Positions 40,272-52,299 of a stretch of DNA of 64,000 nt are shown here, in pieces. Position numbers and translations under genes: made by a program. Position 1 is the first letter of the stretch. Every line of letters starts with the position of its first letter. The notes beneath the pieces are model-generated. The model saw only the letters and a program-made list of their open reading frames with translations, was not told where the DNA came from and did not search any database. This DNA is from Chiloscyllium plagiosum (Eukaryota): positions 8,997,611 to 9,061,610 of the forward strand of contig NC_057751.1 in NCBI RefSeq assembly GCF_004010195.1, given 5' to 3'.

Positions 40272-40545
40272 TCATAGAAGATTCATAGAATCCCTGCAGT
40301 GTGGAAACAGGCCCTTTGGCCCAACAAGTCCACACTGACCCTCCGAAGAGTATACCACCCAGATGTTTTCCCCCAAAATATTAACCTACATATACCCTTG
40401 ATTAATGCACCTCACGTACACATCTCTGAACACAATGGGCAACTTAGCACGGCCAATTCACCTAACCTGTATATCTTTGGTATGTGGGAGGAAACCGGAG
40501 CACCCAGATGAACCCCATGCAGACACAGGGAGAATGTGCAAATGG
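40272..40545 (-). mobile_element. V-SINE (HE1-like), 5'-truncated
   Basis: Matches 32631-32880. Confidence 0.85.
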
Positions 40546-42219
40546 TAAATCTGGAGATGAATGGCTCAAAGTCGTGGTGTTCTACATTGCCACTATCATT
40601 GTTTGAGTTTTTTAACCAGTGTTTCACAACAGATGGGGAGGCAGTGATCTCCAGTGACCAGCTCCACATCATTGTTTAATTACCATTGCCCCAGAGCTGA
40701 CAGAAACACTGTTACTAGATTAAAGCAACATTAACGCTTTCACCACAAGACCACCCCTGTCAGCAGTCTGTCTAGTTTATTGAGAATAAAAAAAACAAAA
40801 TGAATGTTTGTATTTACACCCAGGGTCTTTTGATCTCCACAACTCAATGACCAGCAGGTAACATTACGGTTGCTTCTGATAATAAAAGAACAAAGTCTTT
40901 GATTTCACCGTCTATCATCCTGGAAGTTTATCACTCAATAGTAACAAAGTCACTGAGAAATCATGGCAATGCATCTGTATTAATTATTAATTGCAATCTT
41001 TATTTTCTCTTTTCTGATACATTTCTGCTTTCCCCTGCACAGTATGGATCCACATGGTTGTTTCCAGCTCTCGCATATCCAATTCAGTGCCACCAGATTA
41101 GTGAAGACCTTTGCCATGTTTGCTATTGCTCTGCATAATTCTATCCTCACATTACATCCATCTGCATGTAACATCACCAAAGGTCTGGAGATATACTATC
41201 CCTTTCTTGACTCATAGCCATGTGGTTAACATTTGCTACCCTATCAGTATCAAACAAGCATTCAACTCACTGACTGAACTGAAATGCTGGCTTGTCTTCT
41301 CTAGGTAACCTCCTCCAGGCTGCTGAAATTTCCTCCAATGTGACTCTTTTCACATCCCCAAATTCAATCATTCCATCACTGTTATTGCTGCCACAGCTGC
41401 CTAGGCCTTGATAATTCCAACGTGAAATCCCTCTGCCTTTCCAGCTTACTCCTTCTGTTTAAGATTCTCCTTAAAGCCTAACTCTTTGTTCAAGCTTTTG
41501 GTCATTAACACAAACATCCTTGTGTTCTTCAGTGTCAAATTTTGTGGAAAATCGAGTGAAGCACTTTTGGTCACTTAACTACTTTAAAGGAGTCAGATGT
41601 TATTGTTAATCTCTGAATAACTCAGTTCCACAGGGGTGGTACACTCATTTGTTCACTATCAAAGTAGCTACTCGCTCTGCCTTAAAAGACGAGGAAATGA
41701 AATATCAATGCAACCCTGATAACACAACAGTTCCAAAAAGGTTCAATGCCTCAATTCCATATCACTTTCTTAACAGGAAACACATTACATATTTGGGGTC
41801 ATGGATCCAGCTGCAATGTTTGAAAGGTGTTGTTTAATAACATTGCAGACTTGTATATTGTTGTAATAAACTGTCAGTCTTCAATGGCCAATAAAATACT
41901 TATTTTGTTGGAATACCTCAGCCCTTCACTGTCAATAAAACAGTGAAAGCACCCCAGGGATCAGGGCAATATTGAAGGAAGTATTGACAGGAGAGATTAT
42001 CACACCACTTTGTTCCTCAAGTGCCAAAAGATAACTTACTTGTTAGTTTTTTTGCTTTAATTCAATAAGAAACTTTGTTAAAATAAAGCATTTGTGTGAT
42101 TTAAAGTAGATGTCACAAGACAGGTTGAGAAGGAACTCTTTTAGGTACATTATTCAGATCACCATCTGACTATTACGGCCTTTTTCAATAAACCATCCAC
42201 AAACAGTATTGGTTGAACA

Positions 42220-42860
42220 TGTCGGCCAGACTGGGAAGTACAGCAGATTCCAATCCCCAGAGTTCATGAGTGAACCGGATTGCTTTTTATGACAATCAGT
42301 AATTCCACGATAACATTAGTGAGACTTGCTTTTTAATTCCAGATTTTTATATTGTTTAAATTAGTTCTCCAGCTGCTATGGTGGAATTTGATCTCACATC
42401 TCCAGATTAAACCAAGTCTCTGGATTGGTAGTTTAGGAGCATAACTACTATTCCACACAACATGTAAGTTCTCAAAGGTTTGGAGTGGAGATTGTTTACT
42501 CTGTCTTTTTTTTATTCATTCATGGGACGAAGATGTTGCTGGACAGGCTAGCATTCATTGCCCATCCCTAATTGCCAAGTGGGCAGTTCAAAATCAACTA
42601 CATTGCTATAGGTCTGGAATCACATTTAGTCCAGACCAAGTAAGGATAGCAGTTTCCCTCCCGAAAGACCATTTGTGAACAATTTGTGTTTTTCTGACAA
42701 TCAACAATCAACAAAGTCATCATTAGGTTCTTAATCCCAGGTTTATAGGAATTCAAATTCCACCATCTGCCATGGGATTTGAACACAGGCACCCAAAGGT
42801 TTGGCTGGGTCACCAGATTAACAGTCTGTCGATAATAGCACCAGGCCATCAACACCCCCC
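42220..42860 (-). mobile_element. Two adjacent family S2 tRNA-SINE copies (about 42220-42460 old; 42505-42860 full-length)
   Basis: Collinear with 11983-12317. Confidence 0.7.
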
Positions 42861-43299
42861 CCCCCCCCTCCCAAAAAGGTAAGAATGCAAGATCTGGGAA
42901 AAGATTAGTACATCATTATTGAAAATGTCTGGTGATGAACTAAGGCCTTAATTTCAGGAAGCCAGTCATGTTGAAAACAATGGAAAAGGTCCACCAAAAT
43001 CATAGCTGTTCAAGTTATTTGTACCCTGGCTTCAGAAATATGAAGGCCTCCAATTAGGTGCCCTGTTCTGTGCTTAATGAACCAGAACGGCTGTTGTGCT
43101 GGTCACAGTTACCCTGGGCTAAGATATGGGATAAATTTCAGTAGGTTTTTTTCTCAATCCTATTGAATGCCTCTTACTGAAAACAGATATTTTATGAAGT
43201 CATAATAAGACTCAGCTGTGCTGATCCTATGGTCAAATAACCTGGCAATATTCATTACCAGTTTCATTGTGAAGAATGGTTGGTTAATTGCGCAATGTT

Positions 43300-44145
43300 C
43301 ACCATTCCTGACTCCTCAGATCCTGAAGCAGCCCACGTCCAAATTCAAATAGATCTTGACAACATCCAGGCTTCAGTTGAAAAGTGGAAAGTAATATTTA
43401 TGCCACACAAACAATAGGTAATGACTATTTTCAATAAGAGACAATCTAACCACTGCCCATGATATTAAATGGCGTTCCCATCGCTATCAACATCCTGGGG
43501 TTACGAGTGATCAGAAATTCTCATGGACTCACCATATAAATATAATGGCTGCAATAGCAGGTCAGAAGCTAGGAAAACTATAGGGAGTAACTCACTTCCT
43601 AATTCCCCAAAGCTGGTCCACCATCTACAAGGCATAAGTCAGGAGTGTGATGGGAGACTCTCTTCTTGCCTGGATAGGTGCAGCTCTAACAACACTTGAT
43701 ACCATCCAGGACAAAGCTGCTGCTTAATAGGCACCACATCCACAAATATCCACTCCCTCCACTCCCGATGCTCAGCGGCAGCAGTGTGTACTATCTACAA
43801 GATCACTGTAGAAATTCACCAAAGATCCTGACACAGCATCTTTCAAACCCACGACCATGTCCAGCTAAAAGGACAAGGGCAACAGATACATGGGAACACC
43901 AAGACCTGCAAGTTACTCCAATGGGGATTCAAAATGGAAAAGCATCTGGAAATTTAAAAATAAATACACCTCCTGCAGGTTCCCCTCCACCATCCTGACT
44001 TGAAAATACATTGCCATTCCTTCTCTGTCACTGGGTCTAAATCCTGGAATTCTCTCCCTAATGGCTTTGTCCACCAAACACGTGGACTGCAGCAGTTCAA
44101 GAAGCCAATGAACCCACAACCCATGAGTGAATGAATAAAAACACA
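43300..44145 (+). mobile_element. Zenon/L2-like LINE 3' fragment containing a 52-bp foreign insert
   Basis: ccaccatctacaaggcataagtcaggagtgtgatgg (TIYKA.VRSVM), aaatcctggaattctctccc (KSWNSLP). Confidence 0.82.
43915..43966 (+). repeat. 52-bp exact direct copy of 45466-45517
   Basis: actccaatggggattcaaaatggaaaagcatctggaaatttaaaaataaata at both sites. Confidence 0.97.
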
Positions 44146-44469
44146 AACTTGTGGATTGCAAACATGCATACTCACACAGGAACTAAGAGCAGGATAGGTG
44201 ACTCAGTCCTTCAAGCCTGCTGTACCATACAATAAAATCATGGCTCATTTGACTACTTGACATCCCAACAAGTGAGCTCTATGGGGGCATATTCCAGCAT
44301 GATTAATTTACTTCAGAAGCAAGGGGGAAATTGAGCAGAAAACTGAGACAAGATGAGGGACATTAGTGCATCTGATGCTGAAGATCTTTTCGAGGCCTAT
44401 GCTACTTCCAGACTTGATTTTAACAAAGCTATGCTGACCAGTTTCTCATTTGCTATCGTTAAGACTTTA

Positions 44470-44724
44470 GCTCATCCTTACCTGCTGTTCATATCTTCAG
44501 CCCTACCTGCATCTACTTATGGCCTTCCCAGTGACCTTGCCCCCAGCTCTATGCCCCCCCACCTATTCATCTCTGAGCCCCCATCCCCCCACCACTCCTG
44601 GTGAAGGGCTTATGTCCGAAACATCGATTCTCCTGCTCCTCGGATGCTGCCTGACCTGCTATACTTTTGCGGCACCACACTTTTCAACTCTGATCTCCAG
44701 CATCTGCAGTCCTCACTTTCTCCC
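44470..44724 (+). mobile_element. PLE family A 3' pseudo-LTR with mutated hammerhead, nested in an L2-like fragment
   Basis: CTGGTGA-A-GGGC-TTAT-GTCC-GAAA-CATC at 44598-44625; end ctccagcatctgcagtcctcactttctcc. Confidence 0.8.
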
Positions 44725-47700
44725 ACTTGCATCAAAATTCCAATTATACATCACTCCTGTGCTCATGCTAACATGCTCTCAGTTCAGCAAATCTCAATTT
44801 TAAAATATTACACTTTTAGTGCTTTGTGGTCATGCCCATCCTGTCCCTGCCACATCTTTAAGCCACACAATCCTCCAACGTTTCTATGTTATTTCAATTC
44901 TGGCTCCTGAACATTCCTGATTTTTATCAATCCATCGTGGAAGGACATATCTCCAGTTGCCCAATCTCTAAGCTCTGAAATTCATGAATTCCGTACCAAA
45001 ATGTCTTCACTTTTCTAATCCGCTCTCATGTTTAAGACACTCTTTATATCTCCAACCAAGATTTTCACCATTGCCTGAGCATCTCTAACTATAACTCATT
45101 TTCAAATTTTGTTTGATAGAGATCCTGCAAATCACCTTTTGTTGCTGAACTAAGAACTGGTGATGACAACTTTGGCTAAATACTAGAAAGCGGTAACTGA
45201 AAGGGAGATTACACTTTGAACTAATCTGACCAAATGAATGGAGTCTAACCAGCTTTGAAACTTTTCTGCCATTAGGACCAAGAGCAAATCATAGCCTCGC
45301 TCATGTTGGTTGTCCACACTGAATCACAATTTTGTGGGAGGCAGCCAGTTAGGAGCTGACTTCCCTGTTTGTTGCTCAATTCAGGAAGGTGGTCTGATTT
45401 CTGAAGAGGAAGGCCCAATCAGAGGGCTCAATGGGACAGATGGATGTTGAGAAGGCAAGAAGAAAACTCCAATGGGGATTCAAAATGGAAAAGCATCTGG
45501 AAATTTAAAAATAAATAATGACCATAGCTGTGAGGCCATCAATGAGAAAGCGAATCTCTTCCAGAGAATTATTGGTGGCTATGTCTGTGATAAATTATAT
45601 TTGCAGGTTATGATGAGCTACTGCTCATGATGAAGGTTGCTGCACCATCCTGTTTGTATGTAGGGATTGCTTGGTCCTGTGTGGCAGCAAAAGTTCACTT
45701 CCTGTTCTCACTGAAAATGTCTCTTGTGGTTAACAAGACATGATTACTGCATAGTAACAACTAGTTGCTGGTTGCATTGAAGGAATAGATATTGGCAATG
45801 TGGCTCTGAGGAGGATGAGATGCTCAGTCTCACTTCATCGAGACCCCAAGCTGTTCTGACCAAAATTATTGTGAAGTCATGACAATGGGTGATGCTTCTG
45901 GCACTCTTCAGTAATAAAACTTTCAGACCAATTTCCATCATTCTTCCCAATCCAAACGCTCCTTGATCAGGAGATTAAGTATAAGTGTTAATGGCCCTCC
46001 AGTAGGTTGTCTGGTTCCGGCCTCAAGAGGTACCCATTCAACATGACGTGCATTCATTTGGGTCAGCAACTTGTCCTTATTTGGTTCCGAAACAGACATG
46101 ATTGGTTACACTACTGTTCAATGCGAAGTCAACACAGATTTGATCACACCTTCATGACGATCACATTGAGGAAGGAGACTGTGATGGAACTAACCAGAGG
46201 CACTACTTTCAAAATTTGCTGCCAGTCCCACCTTCAACCCTAATTCGATGGACTGATAAGACTTTGCTCAAAAGGCAAAGGTAAAGCTTCGCCAATGAGT
46301 CCTAATGTCAAAAGTCATTCACAATTTGAGTGAGATTGGGGTTGCTGTGCTTTATCAGTGAGAGAAAGCCTTTAAGGTACAATCTTTCGAAACAGGAAAG
46401 GGAAAGGCACTGACAAATACACACCATTCTGTACATAAACACGAGAACATTTTCCAATTTGTGCATTATCCTGTATGTAACAAACTCCAATTTGCAGAAT
46501 ATCCTGAGTATAATATAACTGAGCTTGCATTTTATTCAGTGTAACATATTTAAATTTTCTTATTGTCTGAAGTGTGACATGTTCCGGCACTTTATGCTGA
46601 AAATAATATGCTCCAGTTTAAACGCTATCCTGTCTGTAACACACAACAATTAGTGCATAATCTTTTGTGTAAAATACTTCTCATTGCATATTTTCTTGAG
46701 TTAATACACTCTGGCCTCCCAACCCAATTATTCACTGTGAATCATCAAAAATAGTGACATGTAATTGAATTAAAGAAAAGACCAGCATGTATTCACACCA
46801 GTCCCCAGGAACATTGGCTCTCACCTCTGGACTGACTTACACAGATGATCAAGACACAGACAGATTAATATTACAAAACGACAAAATATATTTTTAAGAT
46901 CAGAAATAACACTTGCTCTGTTAACCCAACCAGGTCAGAAACATTGAAAGTGCAATAACCTGCCTCTCATTCGGTTATATTCTGCATGTAAGAAACATAT
47001 TTTTTAATAATGTGAAAGACTTCAATTCCAGTCAATAGTAAGTGGATTGATTTTTTACATAGGTGCGAAAATTGCTTAATTGATGGAAGTCTCCATGTTG
47101 CTGCAGCCAGTCAGCTTTATGGAGATCATGAATTAAATATGGTGAGTTCTCCGTGAGGAGTGCTTGTCTGAGAAAGAAAGATTGGACAATATTTCCCTTA
47201 AAGACTTCATACAGTGTAACGAGTGCAGGAGAGTCAGAATAAAAATAAAATGCATCCATCACTCTTTATTAAGAGTGAGCGGTACACCATCCAGTTGTAT
47301 GGAATGCTGTTCTTTCTGTTAAATTGGACATGACGTGACAGAGTAGTAACATGAATATTACAATGAAATTGTTGTTCTTTCTTATCATTTCTTAAACCTG
47401 TGGCATTCAAAATTACTCCATTCATGTCCTTTTTGATGCTGCGTCCTATTTTCTTCCTCTTCCTGTGATAATGATAAATCCTTACTGAGTGACAGATGTC
47501 CTTCAGGTACCATGTCTGAGTGACCATTTGTCAATGTAGACAATGTGTGTCTGCAGAATGTTTGGACACTAGTTGTATCTCAATAGTCAAGCCATATCCT
47601 GTTCTCACTTGACATCTGCCGACACCCTATGTAGGAATGGGAAAGTGCACCAAGTAGAAATCTGGCTAAAGTTTTTGTTAGAAACCCTGGAATGAAGCCT

Positions 47701-48650
47701 GAAGCCACTTGAGACTAGTGCCTCGACAACTTAGCACACGGTAAAACTGAACACAGGGACACAGTTCTAGATATTCCAGTTGCACACACACTGCATTTAA
47801 GAAATAAACCAAGGAGGTACTGTATTTGACAAAGTCAATTAATTGTTGCATCAAGACGTGGATCAGAAGCTTTCCAAGGTTCTTGAATTTCTTAATTAAG
47901 CTAAACTGCTCAAATACATGCAGGAAATCAGTATATGTTGTTGTAGAGAATGAGGCCATCCAATCTAGTGAGTAAGCAACAGATGTTTCAAAGAGAAATC
48001 TAATTAGTTATGCTCCTCTACCCTTTCTTAACATTCTTGCAAATTATTTCACTTCACATATTTATCCAATTCCCTTTTCCAAACATTCATTCAAATTTGA
48101 ATTTATTCAAAGGCTTGTTTTGAATCTTTGTCCATTCAGGCAGTGCATGCAGATAAAAAGATGTTCCTTACATCATCTGTGGCTCTTTGACAGTTAGCTT
48201 CAACCTGTGCCATCTGGTTACTGACCATTGGAAATGGATTTCACTTTATTTACTCAATGCAAACCCTACTAGACACCAAAGGAAACCAATCTTGTAAAGT
48301 CGTGAACACCAGTTATAGTTAGAATGCACACCTTGAAGGGGAGGTTTAATTTGGCTTCAGCAATACCCAGAATTCATGTAGGAAGTGAATCTGATTTAGA
48401 AAATGAAGAAGAATGTTAGTTCCAAGATTTTTGAATGCTGTACTGGAAGCTATTGGTGCAGGAGGTAGAAGTTGGTGAGTTGTTACGTATCCATGTTTGT
48501 GGAAGCGATGGCCTCATAGTATTATTGCTAGGCTATTAATCTAGATGCCCTGGTGTGTCTGGAGACCTGGATTTGCACTTCAAACTAAAGCAAGATACAG
48601 GAACAATGAGGAAAGGGAAAATATAACAGCGAGGCTACTTTATAAGAATG

Positions 48651-49323
48651 ACTAGGAGAAAGTGAGGACTGCAGATGCTGGAGACCAGAGTTGAGAAGTG
48701 TGGTGCTGAAAAAACACAGCAGGCCAGGCAGCATCCGAGGAGCAGGACAATCGACGTTCCGGGCATAAGCCCTTCTTGAGGAGTGAGGCTGGTGTGCCAA
48801 GCGGGCTGAGATAAAAGGTGGGGGGGAGGGAATTTNNNNNNNNNNNNNNNNNNNNNNNNNNNNNNNNNNNNNNNNNNNNNNNNNNNNNNNNNNNNNNNNN
48901 NNNNNNNAGCCACGGGGTGGTTGGGTTGGTTGGTGCGGGTCTCCCAGAGGTGTTCTCTGAAACGTTCCGCAAGTAGGCGACCTGTCTCCCCAATGTAGAG
49001 GAGACCACATTGGGTGCAGCGAATGCAGTAAGTGATGTGTGTGGAGGTGCAGGTGAATTTGCGACGGATATGGAAGGATCCACTGGGGCCTTGGAGGGAA
49101 GTAAGGGGGGAGGTGTGGGTGCAAGTTTTGCACTTCTTGCGGTTGCAGGGGAAGGTGCCGGGAGTGGAGGTTGGGTTGGTGGGGGGTGTGGACCTGACGA
49201 GGGAGTCGCGGAGGAAGTGGTTTCAGGATTAAACCTTTCATCAGGAAATGCCCAAAACGTCGATTCTCCTGCTCCTCGGATGCTGCCTGGCCTGCTGTGT
49301 TTTCCCAGCACCACACTTCTCAA
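48651..49323 (-). mobile_element. Young 5'-truncated Penelope-like element (Neptune-type) with inverted 5' pseudo-LTR and 16-bp TSD
   Basis: ctactttataagaatg at 48635-48650 and 49324-49339; inverted termini; GIY-YIG coding segment; N-gap 48836-48907. Confidence 0.9.
48908..49222 (-). pseudogene. PLE Cys-rich linker plus GIY-YIG endonuclease fragment (frame absent from the ORF track)
   Basis: Manual translation, no stops: NHFLRDSLVRS...GTFPCNRKKCKTC...FTCTSTHITYCIRCTQCGLLYIGETGRLLAERFREHL...HPVA. Confidence 0.9.
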
Positions 49324-50084
49324 CTACTTTATAAGAATGGCAACAATGGGAGTATTTTTCTGGGTAGTCATTCTCATCCATTCATACAGAACTTGATCCA
49401 AGTCTGACTCCAGGTGTCAACAGAAATAGCAAGGCTGACACTTCTGTCCTGGCCAACATTTACCTCTAAAACCAACATGATTACCAAATCACAGCTTTTG
49501 GTAGACTTCGATGTGCAAATTATCTGCCAGGTTTCTTGTATTAAACAGTAACTAATCAAAGTATTTAGTGAGCTGTTAAGAGTTTTGAGATGATACAGTT
49601 AGGATTCAGCTTGTGAAAGGTGTTGTATAAATCCAAATTCATCTTCTATGCGTCAGAGGAACCTAAAACATTGCATTTAACGTCAAGTAAGATAGTTTGA
49701 TGAAGAGAAAAGGAGATGCACTGCTTCTTGTTGATGAACTAAGATAATCTAATGGCCAGAGCTGTCTATACTTATTAGGTCATCTGTGGAACATAAGAAC
49801 ATATTTCATTAATGCATTATTCCTCAACTGTCCTTCAATTTAAGGATGACATCCATTCAAGCTCATGAGTTTTTCCATGGGTCTCTACATGACTAAACAG
49901 CCTACTTTTCGTGCACAGAACTTTGGGCACCATGTTCCACAAGGACTTGGAATCTGGAGTGCAGCAATTTTGCTTCCTTTATATTCTTTCTATCCTGTTA
50001 CTTTGCCTTATTGTGAAAGACATGATACAGATTGATGAACGGGTTCTGTTTTGAACGAGGGGTGGAAAACTCTTTTATGTCATA

Positions 50085-51389
50085 CAAGTTTGCAGATGAC
50101 ACCAAAATTGGAGGTGTAGTGGACAGCGAAGAGGGTTACCTCAGATTACAACAGGATCAGGACCAGATGGGCCAATGGGCTGAGAAGTGGCAGATGGAGT
50201 TTAATTCAGATAAATACGAGGTGCTGCATTTTGGGAAAGCAAATCTTAGCAGGACTTATACACTTAAATGGTAAGGTTCTAGAGAGTGTTGCTGAACAAA
50301 GAGACTTTGGAGTGCAGGTTCATAGCTCCTTGAAAGTGGAGTNNNNNNNNNNNNNNNNNNNNNNNNNNNNNNNNNNNNNNNNNNNNNNNNNNNNNNNNNN
50401 NNNNNNNNNNNNNNNNNNNNNNNNNNNNNNNNNNNNNNNNNNNNNNNNNNNNNNNNNNNNNNNNNNNNNNNNNNNNNNNNNNNNNNNNNNNNNNNNNNNN
50501 NNNNNNNNNNNNNNNNNNNNNNNNNNNNNNNNNNNNNNNNNNNNNNNNNNNNNNNNNNNNNNNNNNNNNNNNNNNNNNNNNNNNNNNNNNNNNNNNNNNN
50601 NNNNNNNNNNNNNNNNNNNNNNNNNNNNNNNNNNNNNNNNNNNNNNNNNNNNNNNNNNNNNNNNNNNNNNNNNNNNNNNNNNNNNNNNNNNNNNNNNNNN
50701 NNNNNNNNNNNNNNNNNNNNNNNNNNNNNNNNNNNNNNNNNNNNNNNNNNNNNNNNNNNNNNNNNNNNNNNNNNNNNNNNNNNNNNNNNNNNNNNNNNNN
50801 NNNNNNNNNNNNNNNNNNNNNNNNNNNNNNNNNNNNNNNNNNNNNNNNNNNNNNNNNNNNNNNNNNNNNNNNNNNNNNNNNNNNNNNNNNNNNNNNNNNN
50901 NNNNNNNNNNNNNNNNNNNNNNNNNNNNNNNNNNNNNNNNNNNNNNNNNNNNNNNNNNNNNNNNNNNNNNNNNNNNNNNNNNNNNNNNNNNNNNNNNNNN
51001 NNNNNNNNNNNNNNNNNNNNNNNNNNNNNNNNNNNNNNNNNNNNNNNNNNNNNNNNNNNNNNNNNNNNNNNNNNNNNNNNNNNNNNNNNNNNNNNNNNNN
51101 NNNNNNNNNNNNNNNNNNNNNNNNNNNNNNNNNNNNNNNNNNNNNNNNNNNNNNNNNNNNNNNNNNNNNNNNNNNNNNNNNNNNNNNNNNNNNNNNNNNN
51201 NNNNNNNNNNNNNNNNNNNNNAATATTTAAGAGGCATTTGGATGGGTATATGAATAGGAAGGGTTTGGAGGGATATGGGCTGGGTGCTGGCAGGTGAGAC
51301 TAGATTGGGTTGGGATATCTGGTCGGCATGGACGTGTTCGACTGAAGGGTCTGTTTCCATGCTGTACATCTCTATGACTCTATGACTCC
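50085..51389 (+). mobile_element. Young CR1 (HER1-like) LINE, 5'-truncated; N-gap 50343-51221
   Basis: KFADDTKIGG...WAEKWQMEFN; tail ctctatgactctatgactc. Confidence 0.92.
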
Positions 51390-51464
51390 AAAAGTCAGAA
51401 TGCTTCAGTATGTTTTTAAAGCATTTATTTTGTTTTTCCTTGTGACATTGGTCATTTCTGTGGG

Positions 51465-51965
51465 AAGAATGTTGTTAAATTTGAGAGGGTGAAGAAAAGA
51501 TTTACAACAATGTTACCAGGACTGGAGGGTTTGAGCTACCGGGCAAAGCTGAATAGGCTGGGGCTTTTCCCCCTGGAGCATCACAGAGTGACCTTGCAAA
51601 GGTCTATAAAATCATGAGGGGCACAGAAAGGGTGAATAGCCAAAGTTGTTTCCCAAGATGGGGAATCCAAAACTGGATGACATAGGTTTAAAGGGAGAGG
51701 GGAAAGATTTATTAACGACCTGAGGGGTAAACGTTTCATGCAAGAGCGTGGCTGTGTATAGAATGAGTTGCCAGAGGAAGTGGTGAAGGCGGGTACAATT
51801 ACAACATTTAAAAGACATCTTGATGGGTACTTGAATAGAAAGTGTTTAGAAGGATATGCCAAATGCTGACACATGGGACTCAGTTGGATTGGGATGTCTG
51901 GTCAGTGGAGATGAGTTAAATTGAAGGGTCTCTTTCCAAGCTGTTTGACTCTATAACTCTATTTG
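51465..51965 (+). mobile_element. Older CR1 (HER1-like) 3' fragment
   Basis: Collinear with 31885-32370. Confidence 0.85.
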
Positions 51966-52299
51966 AGAGTTGGGAAATAAGACCTAGTTGGAAGAATATT
52001 TTTGGCCCGATGTTCAGTCCATCAAATCTAATTTTGCAGGCATTTTGGATGAATGTTGTGGAGCTGGCTTCAAGGAGACAAACTCTTCCTTGCTGGACCA
52101 TCCATTGAAACCAGAGGATGTGGGGGAGTCATTACCGATAGAATGTCTTATTAAATGCTGCTGATAAACAGTCTAAGTCTCAGCACGGTATTGAAATGTG
52201 GTGACAACAAATGTGCTCAGTGCACTCAACTTTTATGGACTTGCTGAGGTCTTTGTTTTCAACCTCTCACTCCAACAGCTGAGAGAAGGCTGGGCTACT

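Noticed and set aside
47032..47959. Three near-adjacent minus-strand ORFs as a possible pseudogene or endogenous viral fragment
   Set aside because: No recognisable motif; lengths are compatible with chance
48585..49323. 243-aa and 223-aa Pro-rich ORFs
   Set aside because: Alternative frames of the PLE GIY-YIG segment spanning an N-gap; the third frame carries the real motifs
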